64,000 nucleotides of DNA, taken from the NCBI GenBank assembly GCA_036676495.1, contig JAKFCT010000031.1:23642-87641 (forward strand). Direction: 5' to 3'. The position numbers were made by a program, and so were the translations under genes. This DNA is from Candidatus Sericytochromatia bacterium (lineage in GTDB: Bacteria; Cyanobacteriota; Sericytochromatia; S15B-MN24; UBA4093). Under the pieces are notes generated by a model. That model worked only from the letters and a program-made list of their open reading frames with translations, made no database searches and had not been told where the DNA came from. Of this stretch, positions 55,385-64,000 are shown piece after piece; the first letter of the stretch is position 1, and each line of letters opens with the position of its first letter.

Positions 55385-56332
55385 TTGCGTACCGATCGTA
55401 TCCTGGCCGTGCTCCTGATTGCAGGCAGCGTGGCGGCCGCGTCCGCCGCGTGGCTCGCGAGTCCCCCTCGCACCTCCTCACTCAACCTGGCGGGGTCGCT
55501 GGCGGGCGAAGGGACGGCCGATGTCGCCCTGATCGACGTCTACGGGGTGATCTCCGACAGCGCCGACGGCGGGGTCTTCGGCACGGGCGACGGGGCCTCC
55601 TCCAACCGCATGATCGCGGCCATCCGGGAAGCCGAGAAGGACGGCGTGAAAGCCATCCTCCTGCGGATCAACTCTCCGGGCGGGACCGCCGCGGCCTCTC
55701 AGGCCGTCTACGAGGAGCTGATGCGCGTCCGCAAGGACGGCAAGATCAAGATTGTCGCCGCGATGGGCGACGTGGCGGCCTCGGGAGGCTACTACATCGC
55801 CGCGGCGGCCGATCACGTGACGGCCCTGCCGGCCACCACCACCGGCTCGATCGGCGTCATCATGCACCTCCAGAACGTCGAGGGGCTCATGAACAAGCTC
55901 GGGATCGACACCCGGACGGTTCAGAGCGGCCCGCACAAGGACATCCTCTCGCCGTTCCGGCAGGCGAGCGCTGGCGAGCGCGCCATCCTCCAGGAGCAGG
56001 TCACCCAGACCTACAACCAGTTCCTCAACGCCATCGTGGCGGGCCGCAAGATGCCCCTGGAGAAGCTGCGTCCCCTCGCCGACGGCCGGATCTACACCGG
56101 AGAGCAGGCCCAGAAGGTCGGCCTCGTCGACTCCCTCGGCAACTGGCGCATCGCGCTGGACAAGACGGCGGATCTCGCGGGGATCAAGGGCGAGCCGAAG
56201 GTGGAGGATTACTCCCAGGGCAACTTCTGGAAGGGCTTCGTCCCCAGGGTGGAGGCGCGGCTTCCCGGCTTCCTCCAGGGGGCCCGCAGCACCGAGATGC
56301 CCGTGAAGGTGCCTCTCGCACTCATGGAGTAA
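55385..56332 (+). CDS. sppA: Signal peptide peptidase SppA (36K type, S49)
   Basis: LRINSPGG, VAASGGYYIA, TGSIGVI, DGRIYTGEQA..GLVD. Confidence 0.94.
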   Translation: MRTDRILAVLLIAGSVAAASAAWLASPPRTSSLNLAGSLAGEGTADVALIDVYGVISDSADGGVFGTGDGASSNRMIAAIREAEKDGVKAILLRINSPGGTAAASQAVYEELMRVRKDGKIKIVAAMGDVAASGGYYIAAAADHVTALPATTTGSIGVIMHLQNVEGLMNKLGIDTRTVQSGPHKDILSPFRQASAGERAILQEQVTQTYNQFLNAIVAGRKMPLEKLRPLADGRIYTGEQAQKVGLVDSLGNWRIALDKTADLAGIKGEPKVEDYSQGNFWKGFVPRVEARLPGFLQGARSTEMPVKVPLALME

Positions 56333-56338
56333 GCGGCC

Positions 56339-56869
56339 ATGTTGGATTCGCTTTACACCACGCTCTTTCGCCCCTCCGAAGCTCCCGTGGCGCCGCCCTT
56401 GCGGGTGGCCTGGGGGATCTGGTTCCTGCTGAGCCTGCTGGAGGCGATGCGCTTCGCCGGTGTCCTGTCATTGGGGCCCGGGGGGCTCGTCTTCATGCTC
56501 TTGCTGGTCTTCGTGCTGAACGTGGCGGGCTGGTTCTGGCTCTCGGCGGCGAGCAACCTGCTCGCCCAGGTGCTGGGGGGCAAGGGTAGCGCCGAGCCGA
56601 CGCTCACGGCGATCGCCCAGGCCTTCTGGCCGTTGATTTTGCTGGCCCCACTGGCGGCGGCCGAGCCCTGGCTGGGGCTGCTGGGTCCGTTGCTGACCTT
56701 CGCGGTCTTCGTCTGGGCGTACTGGGGGGTCATCCGGGCCATCTCGCGGGCGCATGCGCTGAGCATGGGCCGGTCGGTGCTGGTCGTGCTCGGCTCCGGG
56801 GCCGCCGTCGGGCTGGGGCTGATCGCCCTGGTGCTCACGCCGGTGCTGGGAGTGATCGCGGCGCTCTAA
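56339..56869 (+). CDS. Yip1-like multi-pass membrane protein
   Basis: About 5 TM helices, LGGKGS motif; directly follows sppA. Confidence 0.65.
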   Translation: MLDSLYTTLFRPSEAPVAPPLRVAWGIWFLLSLLEAMRFAGVLSLGPGGLVFMLLLVFVLNVAGWFWLSAASNLLAQVLGGKGSAEPTLTAIAQAFWPLILLAPLAAAEPWLGLLGPLLTFAVFVWAYWGVIRAISRAHALSMGRSVLVVLGSGAAVGLGLIALVLTPVLGVIAAL

Positions 56870-56914
56870 GCCCTCCCTGACGGCGCTTTGTGCCGCTTAG
56901 CGCCTTCCCGATTG

Positions 56915-56962
56915 GATGCTTCGAGGCCCCCCGCTAGTGCTAGCGGGGGGCCTCGAAGCGTC
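56915..56962. terminator. Long hairpin between convergent genes
   Basis: gatgcttcgaggccccccgcta/tagcggggggcctcgaagcgtc. Confidence 0.7.
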
Positions 56963-56979
56963 GGTTCCGGTTGGCGGGC

Positions 56980-57201
56980 CTACTTGAGGCCGGCTTCGAT
57001 CTCGACGAAGAGCTGGTTGGCCTGCTCGTGGAGGTCGCTGAGCATGGCGCTCGAGATGGAGATCACGTCGGCGGGCTCGTAGCCTTCCTTGGCGGGGATG
57101 CCGGCGGCGGTCCGGGCGCGCTCGAAGGCCACCTTGGCCTCTTCGGGGGGGAGGGTGGCCAAGAGCGATTCGATCAGTTCCTTTTCCGTCACGAGACTCA
57201 T
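56980..57201 (-). CDS. 73-aa hypothetical helical protein
   Basis: SD gaggag; typical codon usage; fills the gap downstream of folD. Confidence 0.68.
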   Translation of the reverse strand: MSLVTEKELIESLLATLPPEEAKVAFERARTAAGIPAKEGYEPADVISISSAMLSDLHEQANQLFVEIEAGLK

Positions 57202-57268
57202 CCCGGGGAGCTCCTCTCTTCAACTGGAGAGCGGTTCAGCCGCTCCCTCTCCAAACTTGCTGGTTTTC

Positions 57269-58138
57269 TTATACCGCCGATGGCTTCGCAATATGCAGGC
57301 GATAGGCCTTCAGGGTGTTCATCAGCAGAATCCCGATGGTCATGGGGCCGACCCCTCCGGGGACCGGAGTCAGCCATCCCGCCACGTTCGCGACGTCGGG
57401 GTGGACGTCGCCGGCGAGCTTTCCATCGGGCAAGCGGTTGGTGCCGACGTCGATCACGATGGCCCCCGGCTTGATCATGGCGGGGGTGATCATGTGGGGA
57501 CGGCCGACGGCGGCGACGACCAGGTCGGCTTGCCGGACCTTGGCGGCGAGGTCCCGGGTGCGGGAGTGGCAGAGGGTGACGGTGGCGTCCGCGTTGGTGA
57601 GCAGCATGGCCATCGGCTTGCCCACGATGTTCGAGCGGCCGACGACCACGGCATCCAGGCCGGAGAGGGGGAGGTCGTAGCGCCGCAGCAGCTCCATGAC
57701 GCCCGTCGGGGTGGCGGGGGTCAGGCTCGGACGTCCGATCAGGAGGTTGCCGAGGTTGATCGGGTGAAAGCCGTCGACGTCCTTGTCGGGGTGAATGGTC
57801 TGGAGGATCGTCTCGGGGTCCACTCCGGCGGGAAGCGGGAGCTGGACGAGGATGCCGTCGACGTTGGGGTCGTTGTTGAGCTGCGAGACGAGCGCGAGGA
57901 CCTCTTGCTGCGTGGCGGTCTCGGGGAGACGGAAGTCGAAGGAGCGGACTCCGACGCGGCCGCATGCCTCGATCTTGCGCTTGACGTAGAGGGCCGAGGC
58001 GGGATCCTCGCCGGCGATGATGACGGCGAGTCCGGGAGGGCGGCCCGCCGCGGGGGCGAGCTCGGCGACCTCCCGCGTGAGGTCGGCTTCGAGGGCCGCG
58101 GAAACGGCCTTGCCGTCGATTCGTTGTGCCTGGGTCAT
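57269..58138 (-). CDS. folD: Bifunctional methylenetetrahydrofolate dehydrogenase/cyclohydrolase
   Basis: GILVQLPLP, KDVDGFHP, GRSNIVGKP, TPVPGGVGPMT. Confidence 0.97.
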   Translation of the reverse strand: MTQAQRIDGKAVSAALEADLTREVAELAPAAGRPPGLAVIIAGEDPASALYVKRKIEACGRVGVRSFDFRLPETATQQEVLALVSQLNNDPNVDGILVQLPLPAGVDPETILQTIHPDKDVDGFHPINLGNLLIGRPSLTPATPTGVMELLRRYDLPLSGLDAVVVGRSNIVGKPMAMLLTNADATVTLCHSRTRDLAAKVRQADLVVAAVGRPHMITPAMIKPGAIVIDVGTNRLPDGKLAGDVHPDVANVAGWLTPVPGGVGPMTIGILLMNTLKAYRLHIAKPSAV

Positions 58139-58250
58139 GTCGGGTCTCCTCTCTTCGATCGGCCAATTGGCGGATCGGGTCATGGGCGGATCGGCGGATC
58201 CGCGTCTCCTCGGCGGGGGCTAGGCTGGGGGTACCACCGGGAGAAGGAGG

Positions 58251-58538
58251 ATGCCCATGGAAGCCTTAAACGTGCGAACCGAGGTCTTCAAGGTTGCTCA
58301 ACGCTCCAATCCCTCGGCCTTGGCCGGGGCGATCGCCGCGCGGATCAAGGAATCGGGGCGTTGCGAACTCCATGCGATGGGGCCTCATGCGGCGAACCAG
58401 GCCCTCAAGGCGGCGGCGATCGCCGGCGGTTTCCTCGCGGAGTCCGGAATCGAACTGGTCGTGGTTCCGTCCTTCCTGGCCGTGACGACCGACGGGGAGG
58501 CGCGGACCGCCATGCGCCTGATGATCGAGCCCCGCTGA
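58251..58538 (+). CDS. spoVS: Stage V sporulation protein S (Alba-fold) homolog
   Basis: KV...SNP..LAGAIA......ELHAMG..AANQALKA.AIA.GFL...GI.LV.VPSF. Confidence 0.88.
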   Translation: MPMEALNVRTEVFKVAQRSNPSALAGAIAARIKESGRCELHAMGPHAANQALKAAAIAGGFLAESGIELVVVPSFLAVTTDGEARTAMRLMIEPR

Positions 58539-58572
58539 CCCCTTTCCCGTCCCGCCGGCCGGCCCTCGGGAG

Positions 58573-58980
58573 CTAGCTTCCTTTCGGCCGCTTGGCCGAC
58601 ATCCGGTCCATGAAGCGTTCGGCGTCCACGATGAAGCGTTCGTGGACGCCTTCCGCGATCTTCTCCCGCTCGTCGAAGGCGGCGACCCGGAACTCCAGGC
58701 GTCTGCCCGAGACGGCGACCAGGGTGGCTTCTGCCTGCACGTTGTGCCCCATGGGGGTCGCGGCCTGGTGGCGGACCTGGAGGGAGGTCCCCAGCGTGGT
58801 CATCCCCAGCGGAAGGTGCCCTTGAAGGGCTTGAACGGCGGCTTGCTCGATGAGCGCGGCGAGTGCGGGGGTGCCGTAGATCGGCAACGCGCCCGAGCCC
58901 AAGTTCACGGCGGTGTTGTCGGGGGCGACGATGGTCGCCGCGTGGCCGACGGCGCCGATCACGTGGTCCAACTCAATCAT
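58573..58980 (-). CDS. Fluoroacetyl-CoA thioesterase-like (FlK hot-dog fold)
   Basis: GSG..I.GTPAL.ALIE, TTLGT....H.AATP.G, EGVHERF. Confidence 0.88.
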   Translation of the reverse strand: MIELDHVIGAVGHAATIVAPDNTAVNLGSGALPIYGTPALAALIEQAAVQALQGHLPLGMTTLGTSLQVRHQAATPMGHNVQAEATLVAVSGRRLEFRVAAFDEREKIAEGVHERFIVDAERFMDRMSAKRPKGS

Positions 58981-59167
58981 TGACGTCCTCTCCCTCGTGC
59001 GGCTCGGGGCCGCCGTCATGCGGCCGGGCTCCCGAGGCCTACCTTCTGGCCGATATGCCAGCCCTTGATTCTAACATGGGGCGACGCACTGGCAGGTCGG
59101 GTTTTTCGTGCTAGCATGGGAGGTCAACGCTCTTCGCCCTGGAATCGTCGCACAGGAGTCACCATCC

Positions 59168-60019
59168 ATGGACATGAACTACTTGAACCGTGCCGAGTCC
59201 CCCCTGACCGAGCGCGACTGGGAACTCATCGACTCGACCGTCATCGAAGTGGCCCGCCGTTCCCTGGTTGGCCGCCGTTTCCTCCACGTCTTCGGGCCCC
59301 TGGGGGCCGGAGTCCAGGACGTCGACTACGACACGTTCGCGGGCACGGGATCCGCTCAGGTGGCGGTTTTCGGCGAGACGGAGACCTCCGTGGTGCGGGC
59401 CCAGCGCCGGGTCCATGAGAACATCCCCATCATCTACAAGGACTTCATGCTCTACTGGCGCGACATCGAGACCTCCCGGCAGCTCAACGCGCCGCTGGAC
59501 GTCTCGGCGGCCGCCGCCGCCGCCTCCATCGTCGCCCAGAAGGAAGACTACCTGATCTTCAACGGCGACGAGGAATGCGGCTACGAGGGCCTGATCAACG
59601 CCACCGGCCGCAACACCATCCCCGCCCGCAACTGGCAGGAGGCCGGCTCCGGCTTCCAGGACGTGGTGGACGCCCGCTCCAAGCTCATGGAGTCCGGCTT
59701 CTTCGGCCCCTACGCCGTGGTGCTCAACCCCGTCTGGTACGCCAACTTGCACCGGGTCTACGCCAACTCGGGCGTGCTCGAGATCAACCACGTCCGCGAG
59801 ATGGCGACCGCCGGCGTCTTCCAGACCCCGGCCCTCAAGGACAACCAGGGCCTCATCCTCTCCGTGGGCATCCAGAACTTCGACATCGCCATCGGCCAGG
59901 ATCTCGTCACCGCCTACCTGGGCGTCGAGCGCATGAACCACCCCTTCCGGGTCTTCGAGAGCCTGGTCCTGCGCCTCAAGCGCCCGGGAGCCATCTGCAC
60001 CTTCGAAGGCGGCAAGTAA
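59168..60019 (+). CDS. Family 1 encapsulin shell protein (Linocin M18)
   Basis: YLNR.ESPL...W..ID..V..VAR..LVGRRF..VFGPLGAG, AA......ED.LIFNG, GPYAVVL, D..IGQDL..AY. Confidence 0.93.
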   Translation: MDMNYLNRAESPLTERDWELIDSTVIEVARRSLVGRRFLHVFGPLGAGVQDVDYDTFAGTGSAQVAVFGETETSVVRAQRRVHENIPIIYKDFMLYWRDIETSRQLNAPLDVSAAAAAASIVAQKEDYLIFNGDEECGYEGLINATGRNTIPARNWQEAGSGFQDVVDARSKLMESGFFGPYAVVLNPVWYANLHRVYANSGVLEINHVREMATAGVFQTPALKDNQGLILSVGIQNFDIAIGQDLVTAYLGVERMNHPFRVFESLVLRLKRPGAICTFEGGK

Positions 60020-60022
60020 GGC

Positions 60023-60448
60023 ATGTCCGCGTCCTCGCAAAAGGCCGTCCGGCTCGCGCTCATCCGCGAGCTGGAGACCATCAACCATTACCAGGACCTT
60101 CACGACATGGCCGACGATCCGTCCGTGAAGCAGCTCATGCTCCACCTCATGGACGAGGAGAAGGAGCACGTCGCCGAGCTCACCGAGATCCTCCGCCGCC
60201 TCGACGCCGAACAGAACCGCTACTTCGAGGAAGGGCATGCCGTCCAGATCGGTTCGGGAGGCATCCCGAGCCAGGGACAGCGCTTCGAGACTCCCTCGGG
60301 AGCCCCGTCCTCGGGCGGCTCGCCCTCGGGTGCTTCACCCTCGGGTGCTTCACCCTCGGGCGCTTCGCCCTTGCCTCAGCCGGCGCGCCCCGCGTTTTTT
60401 GCACCGGGCGGCCTCACCGTCGGCTCCATGCTGGGGATGACGACCTAG
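60023..60448 (+). CDS. Encapsulated ferritin-like cargo protein with C-terminal targeting peptide
   Basis: ELETINHY...DEEKEH ferroxidase half-site; (SGASP)n linker; GLTVGSM cargo-loading motif. Confidence 0.88.
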   Translation: MSASSQKAVRLALIRELETINHYQDLHDMADDPSVKQLMLHLMDEEKEHVAELTEILRRLDAEQNRYFEEGHAVQIGSGGIPSQGQRFETPSGAPSSGGSPSGASPSGASPSGASPLPQPARPAFFAPGGLTVGSMLGMTT

Positions 60449-60620
60449 ACCGTCGTCGGCCACCCCCTACCCGTCTGCGATTCGGCGCGCCATGGCCCGC
60501 CGGATCGCTCCTTTGTCAGGCCTTCCGCCGCTCGCAAGCCGCATGGATCCTCGATCGACCATGCAAGCTACCAGGCGAATCCGGGTATAACGACTGAAGC
60601 CCTGGCAGAAAGGAGAGACG

Positions 60621-61985
60621 ATGCGAACCCGAGAATCCCAATCGTCTTTGCCTTCGCCCCTTCGCCCTCCCGTGGCTCCCGCGCCGGCCCCCATGCCGCC
60701 CCTGCGCCGCATGGCCGCGGATCTCCAGGAGATCAGTCCGCAGGCCCGGCTCGCCGCAGGCCCGCCCGAGGGCCGCTCCGCGGCGGGTACCGCGGTCAAC
60801 CAGGCGGTCTGGCAAACCAACAAGGGCTCCATCCCTCGCGAGTACGCTTACACCCAGGGCTCGATCGAGGAGATCGTGGTCAACGACGCCGATCCGACCG
60901 ACGAGGCGATCGAGCACCTCCTCGTGCTCCTCAAGGACGCCAAGAAGGAGCTGAGCTTCCAGACCTACCTCTTCGACTATGACTCGGAGGCCTCGAAGCG
61001 CTTGCTCGATGCGCTGGCCCAGAAGCAGAAGGAGATTCCCGGCTTCAAGGTCAACATCCTCTACGACCGGGACCTGAACCCCTTCTCCACGCTGAAGGAC
61101 GCCCTGAAGCGTCACGGGGTGGAAGCCCAGGCCGCCGCTTACGCGCCGGCGTTGAGCCGGGCGTCGAACCACGCCAAGGTCTACATCCTCGACGGCCACA
61201 CCGCCATGCTGGGCGGGGACAACGTCGACAACCCGGCGGAGCGGGACCTCATGGTCACCCTGCGCGGTCCCGTGGTCGACACGCTGCTGCGGGACTTCGA
61301 CACGGCCTGGAGTCAGTCGGCGGGCTTCCTCAACGCCACCCGGAAGCCGCCCGTGCATGCCAAGGGGGAGGCGCCTCCCTCGACCCAGCCGCAGGTGCCC
61401 ATGACCCTCCTGAGCAAGCAGGGAGTGGCCTTCGTCGGGAACTACTACGACAACGATGCCGATCAGGCGATGCTGGCCGCCATGAAGGCCGCCAAGCGCG
61501 AGATCCGGATCGCCAGCCCGAACCTCAACGACGTGAAGGTCTGGGGGGCGATCGCCGACGCCACCGCCCGCGGCGTCAACGTCCGCATCACCCTTCCCAA
61601 GAACTACAACAACCTGGGCTCGGGCATCGATCGCGCCGCGAACGCCGACTTCCTCACCTTCTGGGCCCAGCTGCCGAAGAAGTCCCGGGGGAACCTCGAG
61701 CTGCGCTGGGCCTCCGAGGATGGCAAGACCCCTCATGACGACCATACCAAGTACCTCTCGGTCGATGGGGAGTGGGCCTACGTCGGCTCCCAGAACATGG
61801 ACAACCAGTCCTGGTCGTTCTCGCGGGAAATCGGCCTGGGCATCGACGACGCGCGGGAGACCCGCCGCCTGGATGCCGTCTTCGAGGAGACCTGGAAGCA
61901 GAGCCTGAAGGTCGAGCCGAGCTGGCTGCACCGCGTCCTGCCCCAGCCGAAGAAGGGCTGGCTGGAACGCATCCTGAGCTTCTAG
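60621..61985 (+). CDS. Phospholipase D superfamily protein
   Basis: Two HKD motifs (HAKVYILD...GGDN; HTKYLSVD...GSQN); Pro-rich N-terminus; no TM or signal. Confidence 0.9.
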   Translation: MRTRESQSSLPSPLRPPVAPAPAPMPPLRRMAADLQEISPQARLAAGPPEGRSAAGTAVNQAVWQTNKGSIPREYAYTQGSIEEIVVNDADPTDEAIEHLLVLLKDAKKELSFQTYLFDYDSEASKRLLDALAQKQKEIPGFKVNILYDRDLNPFSTLKDALKRHGVEAQAAAYAPALSRASNHAKVYILDGHTAMLGGDNVDNPAERDLMVTLRGPVVDTLLRDFDTAWSQSAGFLNATRKPPVHAKGEAPPSTQPQVPMTLLSKQGVAFVGNYYDNDADQAMLAAMKAAKREIRIASPNLNDVKVWGAIADATARGVNVRITLPKNYNNLGSGIDRAANADFLTFWAQLPKKSRGNLELRWASEDGKTPHDDHTKYLSVDGEWAYVGSQNMDNQSWSFSREIGLGIDDARETRRLDAVFEETWKQSLKVEPSWLHRVLPQPKKGWLERILSF

Positions 61986-61994
61986 AGGATAGTG

Positions 61995-62033
61995 AAAAAC
62001 CGGGGGCCTGGGTCAGCTGACCCAGGCCCCCGG
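61995..62033 (-). terminator. Terminator of the lepA-hypothetical operon
   Basis: ccgggggcctgggtca/tgacccaggcccccgg plus T5 on the minus strand. Confidence 0.8.
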
Positions 62034-62045
62034 CGCGTGAGGGAG

Positions 62046-63242
62046 TTAGAGGTTCTTCAGCAGCTGGAGGTAGGCTTCGGCGACGGCGCGAAGCTGGAGG
62101 GCCTGCTGATAAAGGGCGGAGTTCTCGCCGACCTCGCCCTTGACGGCCGAGAGCCGCTCGGTGAGGGTCACGATCTCGCCCACCGAGGCGCGATGGCTCG
62201 CGGCCTGGGCCAGGTTCTCGTAGAGCCCGTTCAGCTCGCCCTGCACCTGGTCGATGCCGGTGGCGATCTGCGAGAGGGACTCCAGCACGCTGCGGTTGAC
62301 CGCCTGGCGCTCGGCCGGGGTGGCGATGCTCGGAAGGTCTCCGGTGAAGGGAGTGACCGCCGCGGCGGCCGCGACCGGCACTGACGGGACGACCGTCCGG
62401 ATCTCCTCGGCGACCGGTGCTGCGAAGACCGGGGCCGTTTCGATCGCGGGCGCTTCGACGGCGGGGGTTTCGATCGCGGGCGCTTCAGCCGGTGGGACGC
62501 TCGCTTCAGGCGCGGCCATCACGGGCGCGGGCGGCGCTTCGACGATCGGCGCCTCGGGAGCGAAAACCGGCTCCGGGGCGAAGACGGGCTCGGGCTCCGG
62601 CGCGAAGACAGGCTCGGGCGCGAAGACGGGCTCGGGTTCCGGCGCGAAGGCCGGTTGCACCGCGACGTCCGCCATCAAGGCCTCCAGTTCGGCTGCCGGA
62701 GCGGCGAACTCGGGCGCCGCGGCCTCGGGGAGGTCGAAGGCGTCGGGGATGGCCGGAGCCGCGAAGGGGTCGATCGCGGGAGCCGCGAAGGGATCCATGG
62801 CGAAGTCGGCCGCGGGAGCCGCGAAGGGCGGTTCCGGAGCGACCGGGGCCGCGAAGGGCTCGGGGGCGGCGAACGGGGGAGGCTCGAAAGCGGTCGGAGC
62901 GGCGTCCTGGAAGCTCTTGATCAGGTCGTCGATCTCGGCGTCCGGCGACGGGGGAGCGGCAAAGGGCGGTTCCGGGGCGAAATCCAGGCTCGGATCCGCG
63001 AAGTCCATGGAGGGCGCCGCGAAATCCATGGGGGCAGCCGCGAAATCAGTGGGGGAAGCCGCGAAATCAGTGGGGGAAGCCGCGGGCGCTGCCGGGAAGG
63101 CCTCGCTTTCCGCCAGGGGGGCGAACGGCGGGGGGACGTCGTTGGCGGACTGATACAGTGCCAGCAGGTCGTTTAGCGTCGCGTCGTCGCCACCGTCCGA
63201 TCCCTCGGGGGAGGGTGAGGTGTTGAGGAAGGGCAGATCCAC
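62046..63242 (-). CDS. Acidic Pro/Ala/Phe-rich disordered protein with C-terminal helical bundle
   Basis: SD ggaga before GTG 63242; FAAP/FAPEP repeats; heptad-like C-terminal ~85 aa. Confidence 0.78.
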   Translation of the reverse strand: MDLPFLNTSPSPEGSDGGDDATLNDLLALYQSANDVPPPFAPLAESEAFPAAPAASPTDFAASPTDFAAAPMDFAAPSMDFADPSLDFAPEPPFAAPPSPDAEIDDLIKSFQDAAPTAFEPPPFAAPEPFAAPVAPEPPFAAPAADFAMDPFAAPAIDPFAAPAIPDAFDLPEAAAPEFAAPAAELEALMADVAVQPAFAPEPEPVFAPEPVFAPEPEPVFAPEPVFAPEAPIVEAPPAPVMAAPEASVPPAEAPAIETPAVEAPAIETAPVFAAPVAEEIRTVVPSVPVAAAAAVTPFTGDLPSIATPAERQAVNRSVLESLSQIATGIDQVQGELNGLYENLAQAASHRASVGEIVTLTERLSAVKGEVGENSALYQQALQLRAVAEAYLQLLKNL

Positions 63243-63255
63243 GTCAATTCTCCCT

Positions 63256-64000
63256 TTAGTCGCCAATCTTGAGGACGGCCATGAAGGCTTCCTGGGGGAC
63301 TTCCACCCGCCCGACCGTCTTCATGCGCTTCTTACCCTCTTTTTGCTTTTCTAGCAGCTTGCGCTTCCGGCTGATATCGCCGCCGTAGCACTTCGCGAGG
63401 ACGTTCTTTCGAATCGCGCTGATGGTCTCACGAGCGATCACCTTGTTGCCGATCGCCGCCTGGATGGGCACCTCGAACATCTGGCGCGGGATCAGCTCCT
63501 TGAGCTTCTCCGCGAGCTGACGGCCGATCGAGGCGGCCTTGTCCCGGTGGACGATGGCCGACAGGGCGTCGACCGCTTCACCTGCGAGGAGGATGTCCAG
63601 CTTCACCAGGCTGGAGGCCCGGAAGCCGGCCAGCTCGTAATCCAGCGAGGCGTAGCCCCGGGTGCGGCTCTTGAGCTGGTCGAAGAAATCCGTGATGATC
63701 TCCGAAAGCGGGACCTCGTAGGTGAGCTGGGAGCGCTCGGTTCCCAGGAATTCCATGTTGACGTATACCCCACGCTTGCTTTGCGCTAACTCCATCACGG
63801 CGCCCACGTAGTCGCGGGGCGTGATGACGGTGACCTTCACGAAGGGCTCCTCGATGCGCTCGATCTTCTGCGGAGGAGGAAGCTTGGTCGGGTTGTCGAC
63901 CTCCACCATCTCTCCGTCGGTCTGGTAGACGTGGTAGACGACCGAGGGGGCGGTGGCGATCAGGCTCAGGTTGTACTCGCGCTCCAGGCGCTCCTGGATG
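63256..64000 (-). CDS. lepA: Elongation factor 4 (LepA), C-terminal part; runs off the window
   Basis: [63 protein letters not shown]. Confidence 0.98.
   Translation of the reverse strand, partial: IQERLEREYNLSLIATAPSVVYHVYQTDGEMVEVDNPTKLPPPQKIERIEEPFVKVTVITPRDYVGAVMELAQSKRGVYVNMEFLGTERSQLTYEVPLSEIITDFFDQLKSRTRGYASLDYELAGFRASSLVKLDILLAGEAVDALSAIVHRDKAASIGRQLAEKLKELIPRQMFEVPIQAAIGNKVIARETISAIRKNVLAKCYGGDISRKRKLLEKQKEGKKRMKTVGRVEVPQEAFMAVLKIGD

Noticed and set aside
59168-60019. Phage capsid / prophage
   Set aside because: HK97-fold encapsulin with a ferritin cargo; no terminase, portal or integrase nearby, and no att duplication seen at either tRNA
60621-61985. PLD as cardiolipin synthase or an anti-phage nuclease
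   Set aside because: Lacks the N-terminal TMs of ClsA and any defence-gene context; substrate cannot be assigned from sequence

Overview
High-GC bacterial chromosomal window from a diderm with cyanobacteria-like regulators and no photosynthesis genes. A non-photosynthetic cyanobacterial relative such as Sericytochromatia is my inference, not tested. 1-23 kb is a type IV pilus/T2SS-like locus: pilC, a pilin, a pilM-pilN fusion, a pilO-pilP-like fusion and pilB with an MshEN domain. Then comes a ~7.86 kb tandem duplication of a module of two giant NHL/IPT lipoproteins plus Pro/Thr micro-lipoproteins, and a convergent PilX/V/W-like minor pilin cluster. The duplication is marked by a decayed 90-bp copy of the pilB 3' end and a conserved leader. 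The rest is mostly housekeeping: rplS, an SphR/PhoB-like regulator, tamB, a GH-A lipoprotein, pyruvate oxidase, SDR, tRNA-fMet, amidase, corA, tRNA-Ser, trxA, GT2, fur, murJ, gmhB, sppA, folD, spoVS, encapsulin with ferritin-like cargo, and lepA. Five effector-like proteins without signal peptides are interspersed (C11 protease, HEXXH protein, two PG-binding/LysM proteins, PLD); they share a disordered Pro-rich N-terminus. Best leads: the pilus-linked duplicated NHL lipoprotein system, the shared effector-like leader, a Pho-box-like array in front of rplS, a YgjP/WLM-like protease ending in a beta-clamp motif, and a PopZ-like protein. All calls come from motif recognition by eye; no searches were run.
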